Source of the DNA: Candidatus Micrarchaeota archaeon
GTDB lineage: Archaea; Micrarchaeota; Micrarchaeia; Micrarchaeales; Micrarchaeaceae
Reading direction: 5' to 3'
Assembly: GCA_021810105.1 (NCBI GenBank)
Contig: JAJZJM010000001.1
Span: 296,850 to 360,849, forward strand
DNA length: 64,000 nucleotides
Shown: positions 19,160-28,881 of the stretch, piece by piece
Position numbering within the stretch: the stretch's first letter is position 1
How the letters are laid out: every line of letters begins with the position of its first letter
Notes under the pieces: generated by a model
Told to the model about the DNA's origin: nothing
What the model saw: only the letters and a program-made list of their open reading frames with translations
The model's database searches: none
Program-made: the position numbers and the translations under genes

Positions 19160-19747
19160 ATGAATGCTGGCTATATTGGTAATATGCTGATATTTATAGT
19201 AGGTTCTCCGGCTTCTGGCAAGACATCAATAGTGAGCAGATGCAAAGATTACGGAGGATTGCAGAGTATAAAAGTAGGAGACATTATGCTTAAAGATGCG
19301 CGTAGATCCGGATACTCTGGAGATAGAGACGGGCTTAGGAAAATGCAATTACAGGAGATGCTGGAACTTCAGAGGCGCGCTCTGAGAAAGCTGTCAAGGC
19401 TGCGTGGAGATTACCTGATAGATACGCACCTATCTGTTGAGGCGGATGGGCGCTTCGTATCCGGACTTCCGGAATCCTCTTTGGGAGACCTTAAAAAGGC
19501 ATCCTGCATAATATACGTAGACGCACCGACAGAGGAGATAATGTCAAGAAGAGTATTAGACAGGTCTAGAGTGCGTGAAAAGGAGTCCCGGTTGATGATA
19601 GAGACGCAGAGGGGTGTCAATCTTTCGGCATTATCTTATATATCTTGGCACCTTGGCATACCGTTTTACTTGATTGAAAACAGGAATGGAATGCTGGATG
19701 CTTCTGTAAAAAAGGTAAAAGCGATAATTGATGAATTTGTAGGGTAA
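19160..19747 (+). CDS. adkA: Archaeal adenylate kinase
   Basis: GSPASGKT, DRD.LRK, DTH, GLP; conserved adk-DUF106-L34e-cmk-L14e order. Confidence 0.85.
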   Translation: MNAGYIGNMLIFIVGSPASGKTSIVSRCKDYGGLQSIKVGDIMLKDARRSGYSGDRDGLRKMQLQEMLELQRRALRKLSRLRGDYLIDTHLSVEADGRFVSGLPESSLGDLKKASCIIYVDAPTEEIMSRRVLDRSRVREKESRLMIETQRGVNLSALSYISWHLGIPFYLIENRNGMLDASVKKVKAIIDEFVG

Positions 19748-19752
19748 TTTAT

Positions 19753-20274
19753 ATGGCAGCAGTACCTGTTATGAGCATAGAATCCGCAATAGAGATATTC
19801 GTTGCTGGAGTAATATATACGCTGGCAGCGGCAACGGTGCAGAGAAAACTTGTAGATCCTAAGAAAACCAGGGCCATACAGGATAAGATAAAGGTAAAAT
19901 CTGACGAGATAAAAAGATTAATGAAAGAAAATGCGCCTAAGGATCAGATATCCCAAAAACAGTCGGAGATGATGCCGCTGATGAAGGAGAGCATGAGCTC
20001 GAGCATGAGAGCCACCATAGTGCTGATTCCGTCTTTCCTGGTTGTGTACTACCTTATAATCCCTTTTCTTTTTGGAGGACTTGGCACTGCCACATTTAAG
20101 CTAAACATATTGTCTCTGGTGTTCAATCTAGATTATAGAGGAGTATTCTTCGCTACAGTTTTCGTTTTGGGAATGATAACATCAATAAGCATACTCATAT
20201 ATGACAGGAGGAGAGCAAAGAGGGACGCTGCCAAGGAGGAGGCGCAGCTAGACGCTAAAGGTGCGAATAGCTGA
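19753..20274 (+). CDS. EMC3/TMCO1-family (DUF106) membrane protein
   Basis: TM-coiled coil-TM-TM, Met-rich; conserved gene context. Confidence 0.8.
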   Translation: MAAVPVMSIESAIEIFVAGVIYTLAAATVQRKLVDPKKTRAIQDKIKVKSDEIKRLMKENAPKDQISQKQSEMMPLMKESMSSSMRATIVLIPSFLVVYYLIIPFLFGGLGTATFKLNILSLVFNLDYRGVFFATVFVLGMITSISILIYDRRRAKRDAAKEEAQLDAKGANS

Positions 20275-20344
20275 TTACAGCAAGGTATATAAATTTAAAT
20301 AAGCAATCAAATCAAGTAAATTCATTGCTGCTTTTGGTGACAGA

Positions 20345-20668
20345 ATGCCCAAACCTATGCATAGATCAAGAAGCTTAAGGAGGCTCAACAGAGTTACACG
20401 CAGCGGAGCAAATGTAATCCATTACAAGCGTCGCGCCAATTCCCTACCGCACTGTGCGATATGCGGAAATGAACTGAATGGAATCTCCCTTTCCAAAAAC
20501 GGAGGAAAGAGCAGGAGAACGAACAGCAGGATATTCGGAGGTGTTCTGTGCTCTGGATGCTCTGCGGAAGTCGTAAAGCTTGGCAGTAGAGTAGAGAATG
20601 GTGAAATGAGGCTTAATGATATAGGCATAAAGCAGAGAATGTATGTGCTGCAACTTGTAGCACATTGA
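20345..20668 (+). CDS. rpl34e: 50S ribosomal protein L34e
   Basis: MPKPMHRSRS, CAICG, FGGVLC. Confidence 0.93.
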   Translation: MPKPMHRSRSLRRLNRVTRSGANVIHYKRRANSLPHCAICGNELNGISLSKNGGKSRRTNSRIFGGVLCSGCSAEVVKLGSRVENGEMRLNDIGIKQRMYVLQLVAH

Positions 20669-20701
20669 GATTTTCGTTTATTTCTGCATAAAGGAGTTTG
20701 A

Positions 20702-21265
20702 TTGGAGGCAATAGTCATATGCGGCATGCCTGGATGCGGCAAGACCACTGTTGCGAAGCTCCTATCTAAAAAACTCGGATTGCCAGAATTTAACGGCGGC
20801 GACATACTGAAGCTTATCGCAAAAGAAAAAGGATATTCGGCAGAGGGAGTAGGCTGGTGGGACACTCCTGAAGGAATTAAGTTCCTGAAGGAGCGCGAGA
20901 AGAACCCTGAATTCGATTTGATGGCTGATGAAAAAATAAAGGAAATTATTAATAACGGCTCGGTCATATTGACTAGTTACACAGCACCGTGGCTGTTTGC
21001 CAATGCTTTGAAGATATGGCTTGATGCAAGCCCTGACGTACGCGCAAAAAGAATGGCAGGGCGGGACCACATAAGCCTTGCAGAAGCCAAAAGGTGCATA
21101 AAATTGCGCGATGATGAAAACAAGCGTTTATATAAAAAGATGTATAATATAAAGTTTGGGGAAGATAAATCACCATTCAATATGGTGATTGACGTGAATT
21201 CCATCACCACAGAAGAGATTGCGGATTTGATAATGAAAAAGATAAAGGCGATTGAATGGCATTGA
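20702..21265 (+). CDS. cmk: Cytidylate kinase
   Basis: GMPGCGKTT, KIWL.A...VRA.R..RD; context. Confidence 0.88.
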   Translation: MEAIVICGMPGCGKTTVAKLLSKKLGLPEFNGGDILKLIAKEKGYSAEGVGWWDTPEGIKFLKEREKNPEFDLMADEKIKEIINNGSVILTSYTAPWLFANALKIWLDASPDVRAKRMAGRDHISLAEAKRCIKLRDDENKRLYKKMYNIKFGEDKSPFNMVIDVNSITTEEIADLIMKKIKAIEWH

Positions 21266-21495
21266 TAGAAATAGGCAGGGTATGCATAAAGAAGTATGGA
21301 AGAGACGCGGGAAGCAGAGCGGTTATAACTTCGATTGCGAAGGACGGATTTGTAACAATACTGACTACGGACAGAAGTAAGAAGGAAAGGCGCTGCAATA
21401 CAAAGCATCTCGAAATATTAAACGAGATGGTAGACTTAAAGAACAAGGAGCAGGTTAACCGCGCTCTTGGAATTGCCAAGTCTGCTGCCGCCTAA
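21256..21495 (+). CDS. rpl14e: 50S ribosomal protein L14e
   Basis: IEIGRVCIK..GRDAG, RRCN..HLE. Confidence 0.93.
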   Translation: MALIEIGRVCIKKYGRDAGSRAVITSIAKDGFVTILTTDRSKKERRCNTKHLEILNEMVDLKNKEQVNRALGIAKSAAA

Positions 21496-22700
21496 TCATC
21501 TTCTTTTAGTAGCAGCTCTCCTGCGGCTTTCAGCACCTTCTCTTTGCTCTCTTCGGAGGAGAGCAGCGTGAATAATTCGGATGGTTTGAAGGAACCTCTG
21601 ACTTTGGATTTACTGAGCTTCTCTGAAAGCAGATGCATGCCCAACTCTTTGACAGGCATGCTGTCGACTTTTCCCTCCCTTAGCTCCTCCATTGCGGATT
21701 CGCTCCCTTCGATAGAGAGAGACTGAGTATCAAAGGAGATTATTGCCTCTTTGGAATATTTTGCAGCTATAGACTGAAGCCCCATGTCGGCTTTCTCAAA
21801 GCCCCTTGATGCTGTACCCGATATCTTTATCTTTAGTATGGGTTTAACCCCGCCTTTGGATACGGCATCAGATATCGTGCTCTTGCATTCCTCTATTATT
21901 TTCTCCGCGTCGGTCTGATTTGCGGATATCTCCTTGATTATAAAAGGCCGTGAATTTATTTTAACGAACTCGTATTTGTAGGATTCTGTATCGAAGATAA
22001 TGAAGCCTTTGTTGCCCTGCTCTTCGGATTTGAGCTGTGTAAGGACAGTGCTGCCTGGAATGAGGAGAGGCTTCCCATGCACTTTTGCCTCAACTCTATT
22101 GTGCATGTGGCCGCATGCATAAAGATCAAATCCTTCCGGAAGGTCCGAGTATTTTATGAATGCGTTGCTGAACGGGAGGAGCTCGTATATAGACTGGTGG
22201 AACATAAATATATTGAACGCTCCAGGAACTGGTTTTGGGTTAAGGCTCTCCAATTCCGGCTTTACCATCTCTTCAGAGACTCCACCAAGCCCGAATATAC
22301 AGACTCTTTCATCTCCTTTGGAGAGTGTGGTGGTGGCTTCGCTCGTATCTACAAGCAGCCCAGCCAAAGAGAGAAGCTGGACAGCATTCTCCTTGCCTTT
22401 TGCGATTCTTTCATGAGTACCAGGTATGGCAACTATGGGCTTTTTTGTATATATCTTGTTCTGGCCGGAATATTCTACAACCTCGGCACCGAAGTTTTTT
22501 GAAAGAATTTCCCTGAAAAGCTTCATAGCCTGCGAAATTACGTCTGGTTTTGGGTACCTCTTGTCGAATATATCTCCGGGTATTATTATTGCGTCTGCTA
22601 ATTCTGATGCTTTTTGCAACGCCTCTTTTGCCTGGGAAAGTGCATCCTCAGAAAACCTTTCATATCCAAGATGCATATCAGATACGATTGCAATTTTCAT
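21492..22700 (-). CDS. mre11: Mre11-family DNA repair exonuclease
   Basis: SDMHLG, GDIFD, PGTHE, FHQ, GHMH, PGS. Confidence 0.85.
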   Translation of the reverse strand: MKIAIVSDMHLGYERFSEDALSQAKEALQKASELADAIIIPGDIFDKRYPKPDVISQAMKLFREILSKNFGAEVVEYSGQNKIYTKKPIVAIPGTHERIAKGKENAVQLLSLAGLLVDTSEATTTLSKGDERVCIFGLGGVSEEMVKPELESLNPKPVPGAFNIFMFHQSIYELLPFSNAFIKYSDLPEGFDLYACGHMHNRVEAKVHGKPLLIPGSTVLTQLKSEEQGNKGFIIFDTESYKYEFVKINSRPFIIKEISANQTDAEKIIEECKSTISDAVSKGGVKPILKIKISGTASRGFEKADMGLQSIAAKYSKEAIISFDTQSLSIEGSESAMEELREGKVDSMPVKELGMHLLSEKLSKSKVRGSFKPSELFTLLSSEESKEKVLKAAGELLLKEDD

Positions 22701-23251
22701 AGCTCTGCAACCCTTTCCGAAACCACTTCAGGAAGCCCTATGTCATGGATGTTTTGGGTGTAAACTGAGAGTTCTTTTATAAATTTCGCATTCTCTCCGT
22801 GTTCTTGCAGGTCATTTAAAAATGTAAGCGTGGCGAACTTGGCATTTTCGCCCCATGCCCTACTTGCTGCGTCAGAAGCCCTGTGGATATACATTTGAGC
22901 CCTTAGTATGTTGCCTCTTTCTAAATATATGAGAAAGCCTGTATAGAATGCCTTGAATGCCAACGCATATTCCTTTTTAGCAGATTCTGGCTTTCCTATA
23001 AGAGCAAAAAGTCCGGCTGCCTTATTGAGATCCCTGCATATGTCCTCTATGGTATCAGGATGGATAGTTCTAGTCTCTTTCAGCCTCTCTTTAAGGTTAA
23101 CCATTTGGGTGACTCCAGAATGTGAGTACATTATTGCTGCTGAAGATAGAAGCTCCTTTGCTTCGTCAGGTTTCCTAATTAGGAGGCTCAGTCCTTCCCT
23201 GTCTAATTTGTTTGCAGAAGACCTAGTCTCTTTTGGATATCTCTGCTTCAT
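22697..23251 (-). CDS. Hypothetical alpha-helical protein
   Basis: 184-aa ORF, ATGA-coupled to mre11, 7 bp after prefoldin. Confidence 0.65.
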   Translation of the reverse strand: MKQRYPKETRSSANKLDREGLSLLIRKPDEAKELLSSAAIMYSHSGVTQMVNLKERLKETRTIHPDTIEDICRDLNKAAGLFALIGKPESAKKEYALAFKAFYTGFLIYLERGNILRAQMYIHRASDAASRAWGENAKFATLTFLNDLQEHGENAKFIKELSVYTQNIHDIGLPEVVSERVAEL

Positions 23252-23258
23252 TTAAACA

Positions 23259-23603
23259 CTATTTTGGAGTTCCTTCTTGCTTCAGCATTGCTTCTATCTC
23301 AGACCTAAGGCTTTTCTCTTTCTTCGAGGCTTCATCGTATTGCTTATTTATTATTGAAAGTCTAAGCTCTATAGAGTCCTTCTTCTCATTAACGGATTTT
23401 ATCGCTTCTTCTTTCGAGGTCTCTATCATTACGCCCCCTATAGTAGAGTATATTTTACCTGTGGCCTTCTCTATTTCAGCGAGAGCTTCCTTGAATTCCT
23501 CATTTTGCTCGCTAAACTGCGCTTTCTGTATAGACAAGCCTTGCAGTTGATCTTGCAGTGCTTGATACTCCGATGTAAACTTCTCCAATTGCTCTTTGGT
23601 CAT
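23259..23603 (-). CDS. pfdB: Prefoldin beta subunit
   Basis: Coiled coils flanking IYSTIGGVMIE hairpin. Confidence 0.9.
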   Translation of the reverse strand: MTKEQLEKFTSEYQALQDQLQGLSIQKAQFSEQNEEFKEALAEIEKATGKIYSTIGGVMIETSKEEAIKSVNEKKDSIELRLSIINKQYDEASKKEKSLRSEIEAMLKQEGTPK

Positions 23604-23647
23604 AGAAACACGTAACTAATAGGGATTTTCAGATTTTTATATCTTGC

Positions 23648-24742
23648 CTACCTGTCAATCTCAGCGAATATAAGGTCAAGGCTCCCTATTATAGAAAAGA
23701 GGTCGGCGAACCTGCCTCCTTCTGCAAGCTTCGGAAGGACTGCAAGGTTTATGAATGCAGGAGACCTAAGCGAGATTCTGTATGGCTTCTGCTTGTCAGG
23801 CACCATATATATTATGCCTTCGCCCCTTGGAAGCTCCTCGCGCATGATAATGTGATCGGGTTTGGCTATAGGCCCTATCAGCCTTATCTGCATTCCTTTC
23901 GCATCTCCATCAGGCATGTTTGCCAGCGCATTCCGGATTATTCCTATGCTCTCAAGCATTTCTTCGTATCTAACCCTGTATCTATCGTAAGAGTCACCTT
24001 TGCTGCCAGTAGGGACCTTGAATTTAATTTTGTCGTATACATAATAGGGGTGGGATATCCTCGCATCCTCTTCCACTCCTGAACCTCTAAGGACAGGTCC
24101 TGACACCCCATATGCGATTGCATCCTTCTTGCTCAGTACGCCTACGCCTTTTGTCCTCTCCATGAATATGCTATTTGCGTCCAGCACGTCAGGGTACCCT
24201 CTTATTTTATCTTCCAGGTAATCGCACAATGCGTATGCTCTTTCCTTGAAATCTTCAGGAGGGTTCTTGTTGAATCCGCCCAGGCGAAGATTAACGTAGA
24301 ACATCCTGCTTCCAGAAACGTCTTCGAGCAGCTTTAGTATTTTTGCCCTGTCTCTGAAGCACCACATGAATGCAGTAAAGAGCTGACCTATGTCATTTAC
24401 GAAAGTCCCAAGCCATAGCAGATGGCTTGCTATCCTTTGGAATTCGAGGAGTATGACCCTTTCGTATTGAGCTGGCTCTTTTACAGGGACTCCAAGAGCA
24501 TGCTCAACTGCGTTTATATACAAGTCATCCCAGCTTAATGGCGCAATATAGTCGAGTTTTTCCGTGTATGAGGGGTTCTGCATATACATCCTAGTCTCCA
24601 TGAGTTTCTCCACTCCCCTATGGAGAAATCCTATGTGCGGCTCTACATTCTTCACAGTGTCTCCGTCTACATCTACGACTAATTTCAATACCCCGTGCGT
24701 ACCAGGATGTATCGGACCAACATTTATCCTCATTATAGACAT
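23648..24742 (-). CDS. nuoD: NADH-quinone oxidoreductase subunit D
   Basis: GPIHPGTHGVL, GFLHRGVEK, E.PRGE, terminal EIDR; TAATG-coupled to nuoC. Confidence 0.93.
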   Translation of the reverse strand: MSIMRINVGPIHPGTHGVLKLVVDVDGDTVKNVEPHIGFLHRGVEKLMETRMYMQNPSYTEKLDYIAPLSWDDLYINAVEHALGVPVKEPAQYERVILLEFQRIASHLLWLGTFVNDIGQLFTAFMWCFRDRAKILKLLEDVSGSRMFYVNLRLGGFNKNPPEDFKERAYALCDYLEDKIRGYPDVLDANSIFMERTKGVGVLSKKDAIAYGVSGPVLRGSGVEEDARISHPYYVYDKIKFKVPTGSKGDSYDRYRVRYEEMLESIGIIRNALANMPDGDAKGMQIRLIGPIAKPDHIIMREELPRGEGIIYMVPDKQKPYRISLRSPAFINLAVLPKLAEGGRFADLFSIIGSLDLIFAEIDR

Positions 24743-25122
24743 TATTGCAGCCTCTTGTAGTCTTTTCCCCATACAAAACTTTTCCTAAGCGGATACTCTG
24801 CCCCATTCCACAGCTCCAGGAGGAGCTTTTTTGTGTTTCTTCCTTTTATTTTTATTCCGAACATCTCAGAAAGTTCCCTCTCATACCAATCAGCAGCCTT
24901 AAACAATTCTATTACAGTATCTATCTCGAGCTTTTCCGCTTTTAGAGTAGTCCTGACCACTTCGTCTTTCTTTGCATCATTGTTGTAAAGCAAGTATATG
25001 ACGTCAATATGGTCATTGTAATCTATTGCTGTTATCTTGCTCAGGTAGTCAAACCCGCTCTGCCTCATTGCCCTGCAGGTTTTCACTAAGGCCTCTGGTT
25101 GCGTATCTATCAATTTTATCAC
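24742..25122 (-). CDS. nuoC: NADH-quinone oxidoreductase subunit C
   Basis: AIDY, ADWYERE..EMFGI, YPLRK; start uncertain (overlaps nuoB). Confidence 0.9.
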   Translation of the reverse strand: MIKLIDTQPEALVKTCRAMRQSGFDYLSKITAIDYNDHIDVIYLLYNNDAKKDEVVRTTLKAEKLEIDTVIELFKAADWYERELSEMFGIKIKGRNTKKLLLELWNGAEYPLRKSFVWGKDYKRLQ

Positions 25123-25684
25123 GTATATTATCTTGAAGTTTCATAAGCGCGCCAAAAAGGTTTTCCGGCTTTGGAGGGCACCCGGCAACATATATGTCAA
25201 CAGGTATTACCTGATCTATGCCTTGTATTATGTTGTAGCTTTCCCACCAAGGCCCTCCAGATGTGGCGCACTCCCCGTATGCTATCACATAATTTGGCTT
25301 TGACATCTGCTCGTAAAGGCGCTTGACCTTAGGAACTATGGATTTTGTCACCCATCCTGCCACTATCATCACGTCGCACTGCCTTGGCGTGCCACGGAAT
25401 AGGAGATACCCCTTGCGCTCCGCATCTATGCGGGCTGCTCCGAAGTCCATCAGCTCCATTGCGCAGCATGCAAGCCCAAATTGAAGGGGCCATAACGAAT
25501 TTGAACGTCCCCATTTCACAAAGCTTTTTAACGTCAATTTTGTAAGGTCGCTCATCTTTGCAAACATAGCGGGTACGTATTCCCTTCTGTATTGCTTCAA
25601 CGACTCCTGAGTTAGAAGGGTCATCTCCTGCTCCGCATTCATAAACTGCTCTTTAGTGTAAGGAGGTTCATTTTCTTCTTCCAT
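25049..25684 (-). CDS. nuoB: NADH-quinone oxidoreductase subunit B
   Basis: GLACCAME, PRQCD, GECA, GCPP. Confidence 0.95.
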   Translation of the reverse strand: MEEENEPPYTKEQFMNAEQEMTLLTQESLKQYRREYVPAMFAKMSDLTKLTLKSFVKWGRSNSLWPLQFGLACCAMELMDFGAARIDAERKGYLLFRGTPRQCDVMIVAGWVTKSIVPKVKRLYEQMSKPNYVIAYGECATSGGPWWESYNIIQGIDQVIPVDIYVAGCPPKPENLFGALMKLQDNIRDKIDRYATRGLSENLQGNEAERV

Positions 25685-26033
25685 TCAAATCACTTATCAC
25701 GATATAACCGAACAACGCAAACACAAGAGATATGCCGGCCATTCCCATCACCAGCAATCCGTTAGACTCTGGCACGCTTCTTGAAACCGATGCCCATAAG
25801 AGAATGATAACAGCTATTATTTCTATTGGAAGAAACAACATAAAAAATGGCATATATTCATTCATTATGTCCCTGTTACTTCCCAAAGTCGCCTCTGCGC
25901 TCTCATATGGCGACTCCTTCACAGAATTTGAGGGGGATTTGTGCCTCAGCAGTTTAGCACCTAAAAGCATAGAGAAAGGCACAAATATCGAGATTAGCGA
26001 GAATACAAACAAGGCGATATAATCGTATGACAT
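25668..26033 (-). CDS. nuoA: NADH-quinone oxidoreductase subunit A
   Basis: Three TMs, K.SPYES loop; start re-chosen at MSYDY. Confidence 0.85.
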   Translation of the reverse strand: MSYDYIALFVFSLISIFVPFSMLLGAKLLRHKSPSNSVKESPYESAEATLGSNRDIMNEYMPFFMLFLPIEIIAVIILLWASVSRSVPESNGLLVMGMAGISLVFALFGYIVISDLNGRRK

Positions 26034-26107
26034 TGTACTACCGTTCCATCCTAATAGCGTATTTGAATAGGATGTTTTTATTTGTTTTGAAATAAAAGTA
26101 TGATTAT

Positions 26108-26899
26108 ATGCCATTCATTGTTTATTCTGAAAATAACCTTACATCGAAGAACATAGCAGATGCAATAAAGAAAGAGATTGAATTCGAAGAGGCAGATATT
26201 GTAGAGGGAATGCCCCACTTCAAATCCGAGAATGTGGACATGCTCGCCATGCAGGAAGGTGTACTGGATGCCAGTTTTCTTGATTCCTGCATAAAGACAG
26301 ATTTGATAATATTCCCATGCAGCCATAGGAGCGCAAAGGGAGTCCCCTCATTTACAGTGCATTCTGAGGGCAACTGGTCTGGAGAGGCAATGCTTGGAGG
26401 CCAACCAAAAAGGCTTTCTACAGCTTCGCCAGATTGGATGCTTAGTGCGTTAAGAAATCTCGTAAAAAACAATGCGACAGAACTTCCAGTTCTTTATGAA
26501 GCAACACATCATGGCCCTCTTTTGAAAACCCCATCATTCTTCATAGAGGTGGGAGGTACAGAGCAAGCGTTGTCAGATAAAGGGTATGCCGCAATTGTTG
26601 CAAAATCAATAGTGGAGACTCTGGATTCTGCTAAAGATTATGATTCATGCACTTTCGGGATAGGGAGCATGCACTATCCTGAGAAGTTTACAAGGCTTGC
26701 ACTATCCAAAGGCTACGCGTTCTCTCACATAATGCCAAAGTACTATGCACATGAGATAGATATGATAAAACAAGGAGTTGAGAGCAGTTCCATAAGCATA
26801 GATAAGGCGATCATAGAGTGGAAGGGGCTCAAGGCTTTAGATAGGAATAAAATAATAGAAGAATTAAATGTATTAGGTATAGATTATGAGAGAGTATAG
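26108..26899 (+). CDS. dtdA: Archaeal D-aminoacyl-tRNA deacylase
   Basis: H.S..G.P..TVH..GN, EATHHGP, FIEVG, HY. Confidence 0.9.
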   Translation: MPFIVYSENNLTSKNIADAIKKEIEFEEADIVEGMPHFKSENVDMLAMQEGVLDASFLDSCIKTDLIIFPCSHRSAKGVPSFTVHSEGNWSGEAMLGGQPKRLSTASPDWMLSALRNLVKNNATELPVLYEATHHGPLLKTPSFFIEVGGTEQALSDKGYAAIVAKSIVETLDSAKDYDSCTFGIGSMHYPEKFTRLALSKGYAFSHIMPKYYAHEIDMIKQGVESSSISIDKAIIEWKGLKALDRNKIIEELNVLGIDYERV

Positions 26900-28874
26900 A
26901 CTGGCTCTGATATTAATTCTTGCTTTGGTACTGGCTCTGAGAACCGTACCTTATGCTTCTGCCCAGTATTGGTTTCAATCCGGGGCTTACGGAGGGCTGT
27001 CATCCCAATATAACAGTGGCGCTAGCGGATACATAGAGACCGTATACCCTCAGTATTTAAATAATGGGTCTTATGGTTTCTGGATTGGAGAGACACTGAG
27101 CAATAATGCATTCATACAGGTAGGTTACGAGATAACCAATAGCTCCGGATATTATCCGCAGGAGTGCAGCCCTTCCAGTTGCAACGGATCCACATACATA
27201 ACTGCGGGTTATCCAACTTGGTTCTGGGAATATTTCCCTGCAAATTATAATGGAACAAATTTCTATGGAGGGATCGGATCAAACGATTCTGTTGGAACAA
27301 ATGGAACATTCAATAGATACTATTTCGTGCTTAATGGAAGCTCTTGGGACTTCTATTTCAACAAACAACTTATAGGAACCGCTAACGTTGGCACTGAAAG
27401 CTCTGGAATCAATTCTCCTGCTGCTTATGCAGAACTGGCGAACACCAACACAAATCAGAATTTCATGTACAAGGTTATGTTCAAAAACATTTCATATTAC
27501 AAAAACGGGGTGCCATACCTGCTTGAGAAAGGCTATGCTTATATCGGATATGGGAGGAATAGCAATACCTCTTTAAGCAACACTTATGGAGTTAAGGAGG
27601 TAAATAATCGTGCAAACTTCTTTGAAGTCGGATCTGGACTGCCAGTAGTTGCAAATGGGTCATTGCTATGGAACAATCTGTATAGATTAAACATATCTTC
27701 ACAGTATGGAAATAGCACAGGTTCTGGATACTATTCAACCTTCTCCGAAGCTCACTTTTCTGTACCAAAATCAGTAGTTGTTGGCAATGGAACTCGCGCT
27801 TACTTTGTAGGTTGGGCTGGTAGAGGCCCGGGTGCATATACAGGACCATCAAATAGCAGTAGTGTTGCAATATCTGGCAATATATCCGAAACTGCTTTAT
27901 GGGATGTCCAATATTACGTGAATGCGACATCAGATTATGGTAATGTGAGTGGAGGCGGGTGGTACGACTCAGGGAGTATAGCTACAATATCGATAGATAA
28001 AACTTTGATTAATTTTTCTAATGGAACCAGGGAGATTTTCTCAGGATGGAACAGTGGGCAGCCTTCTTCATCCATATCTATTGCTGTAAACAAGCCAGAA
28101 AACATTTCAGCGGAGTGGACGCGCCAGTATTTCCTTGGGCTTACCACCCAGTATGGAAAGGGCAGCGGTGAAGGATGGTACAATTCAGGCTCTAGCGTTG
28201 ACATAAGCCTTTCTCAAACTCTTTTTAATCAGACAAATTCGAGCGCTATAGCATTCTATTCCTGGGGAGGAGAATATAATGAAAGCAATACCACAGTCGT
28301 AATGAATGGTCCCGTTTATTTGACAGCAATATTCAATAAGGAATATGCAGCACGCCTTTACCCGCAAAATGAGGAGGGGCAGTATCTTCACAACGTAACC
28401 TTTTATCTAAGCAATGGCGATTCTGGGACTGAGTTCTTGCTATTCTCCGGAAAACAATATAGAGTAGTCTCTGCTGAGTACAAAGGCACAAGGATGAACT
28501 TGAACTACAGCCTGAACATCTCCTCTCTAAAATCATTCTATCTGAAGTTGCCGGTATATAACTTGAATATCAGTGCTACAAGCATGCTTAACGCCCCTTT
28601 GAATGCTAGCGCATATGTAAGTTTCAGCAATGGGTCTAGCTCTTACATATATCTTGGCAGAAATGGTACTTCAATGATTAGGAATGTGACTTTTGGGAAG
28701 GTCTCAGGTTACATGAAATATGGGTTTATAACTGAAGCATTCTCATCAACAGGAAAAAGCGAAGTCAAGGTGGTATTCATAACATTCGATATGCTGGTGC
28801 TAATAATTGCGGTAATAGCGGCAATGGCCTTGGGGCTTTTATTGCATAGCAGGGCAATGAGAAATAAAATTTGA
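26886..28874 (+). CDS. Secreted, C-terminally anchored surface protein with putative G1 glutamic-peptidase-like domain and GxGWY repeats
   Basis: Signal peptide, FWIG, FIQVG, WFWEYFP; repeats QY.L...YG..SG.GWY; C-terminal TM; many NxS/T sequons. Confidence 0.7.
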   Translation: MREYRLALILILALVLALRTVPYASAQYWFQSGAYGGLSSQYNSGASGYIETVYPQYLNNGSYGFWIGETLSNNAFIQVGYEITNSSGYYPQECSPSSCNGSTYITAGYPTWFWEYFPANYNGTNFYGGIGSNDSVGTNGTFNRYYFVLNGSSWDFYFNKQLIGTANVGTESSGINSPAAYAELANTNTNQNFMYKVMFKNISYYKNGVPYLLEKGYAYIGYGRNSNTSLSNTYGVKEVNNRANFFEVGSGLPVVANGSLLWNNLYRLNISSQYGNSTGSGYYSTFSEAHFSVPKSVVVGNGTRAYFVGWAGRGPGAYTGPSNSSSVAISGNISETALWDVQYYVNATSDYGNVSGGGWYDSGSIATISIDKTLINFSNGTREIFSGWNSGQPSSSISIAVNKPENISAEWTRQYFLGLTTQYGKGSGEGWYNSGSSVDISLSQTLFNQTNSSAIAFYSWGGEYNESNTTVVMNGPVYLTAIFNKEYAARLYPQNEEGQYLHNVTFYLSNGDSGTEFLLFSGKQYRVVSAEYKGTRMNLNYSLNISSLKSFYLKLPVYNLNISATSMLNAPLNASAYVSFSNGSSSYIYLGRNGTSMIRNVTFGKVSGYMKYGFITEAFSSTGKSEVKVVFITFDMLVLIIAVIAAMALGLLLHSRAMRNKI

Positions 28875-28881
28875 ATTTAAT

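Noticed and set aside
23648..24742. NiFe hydrogenase large subunit
   Set aside because: It lacks both CxxC Ni-binding motifs and has NuoD signatures.
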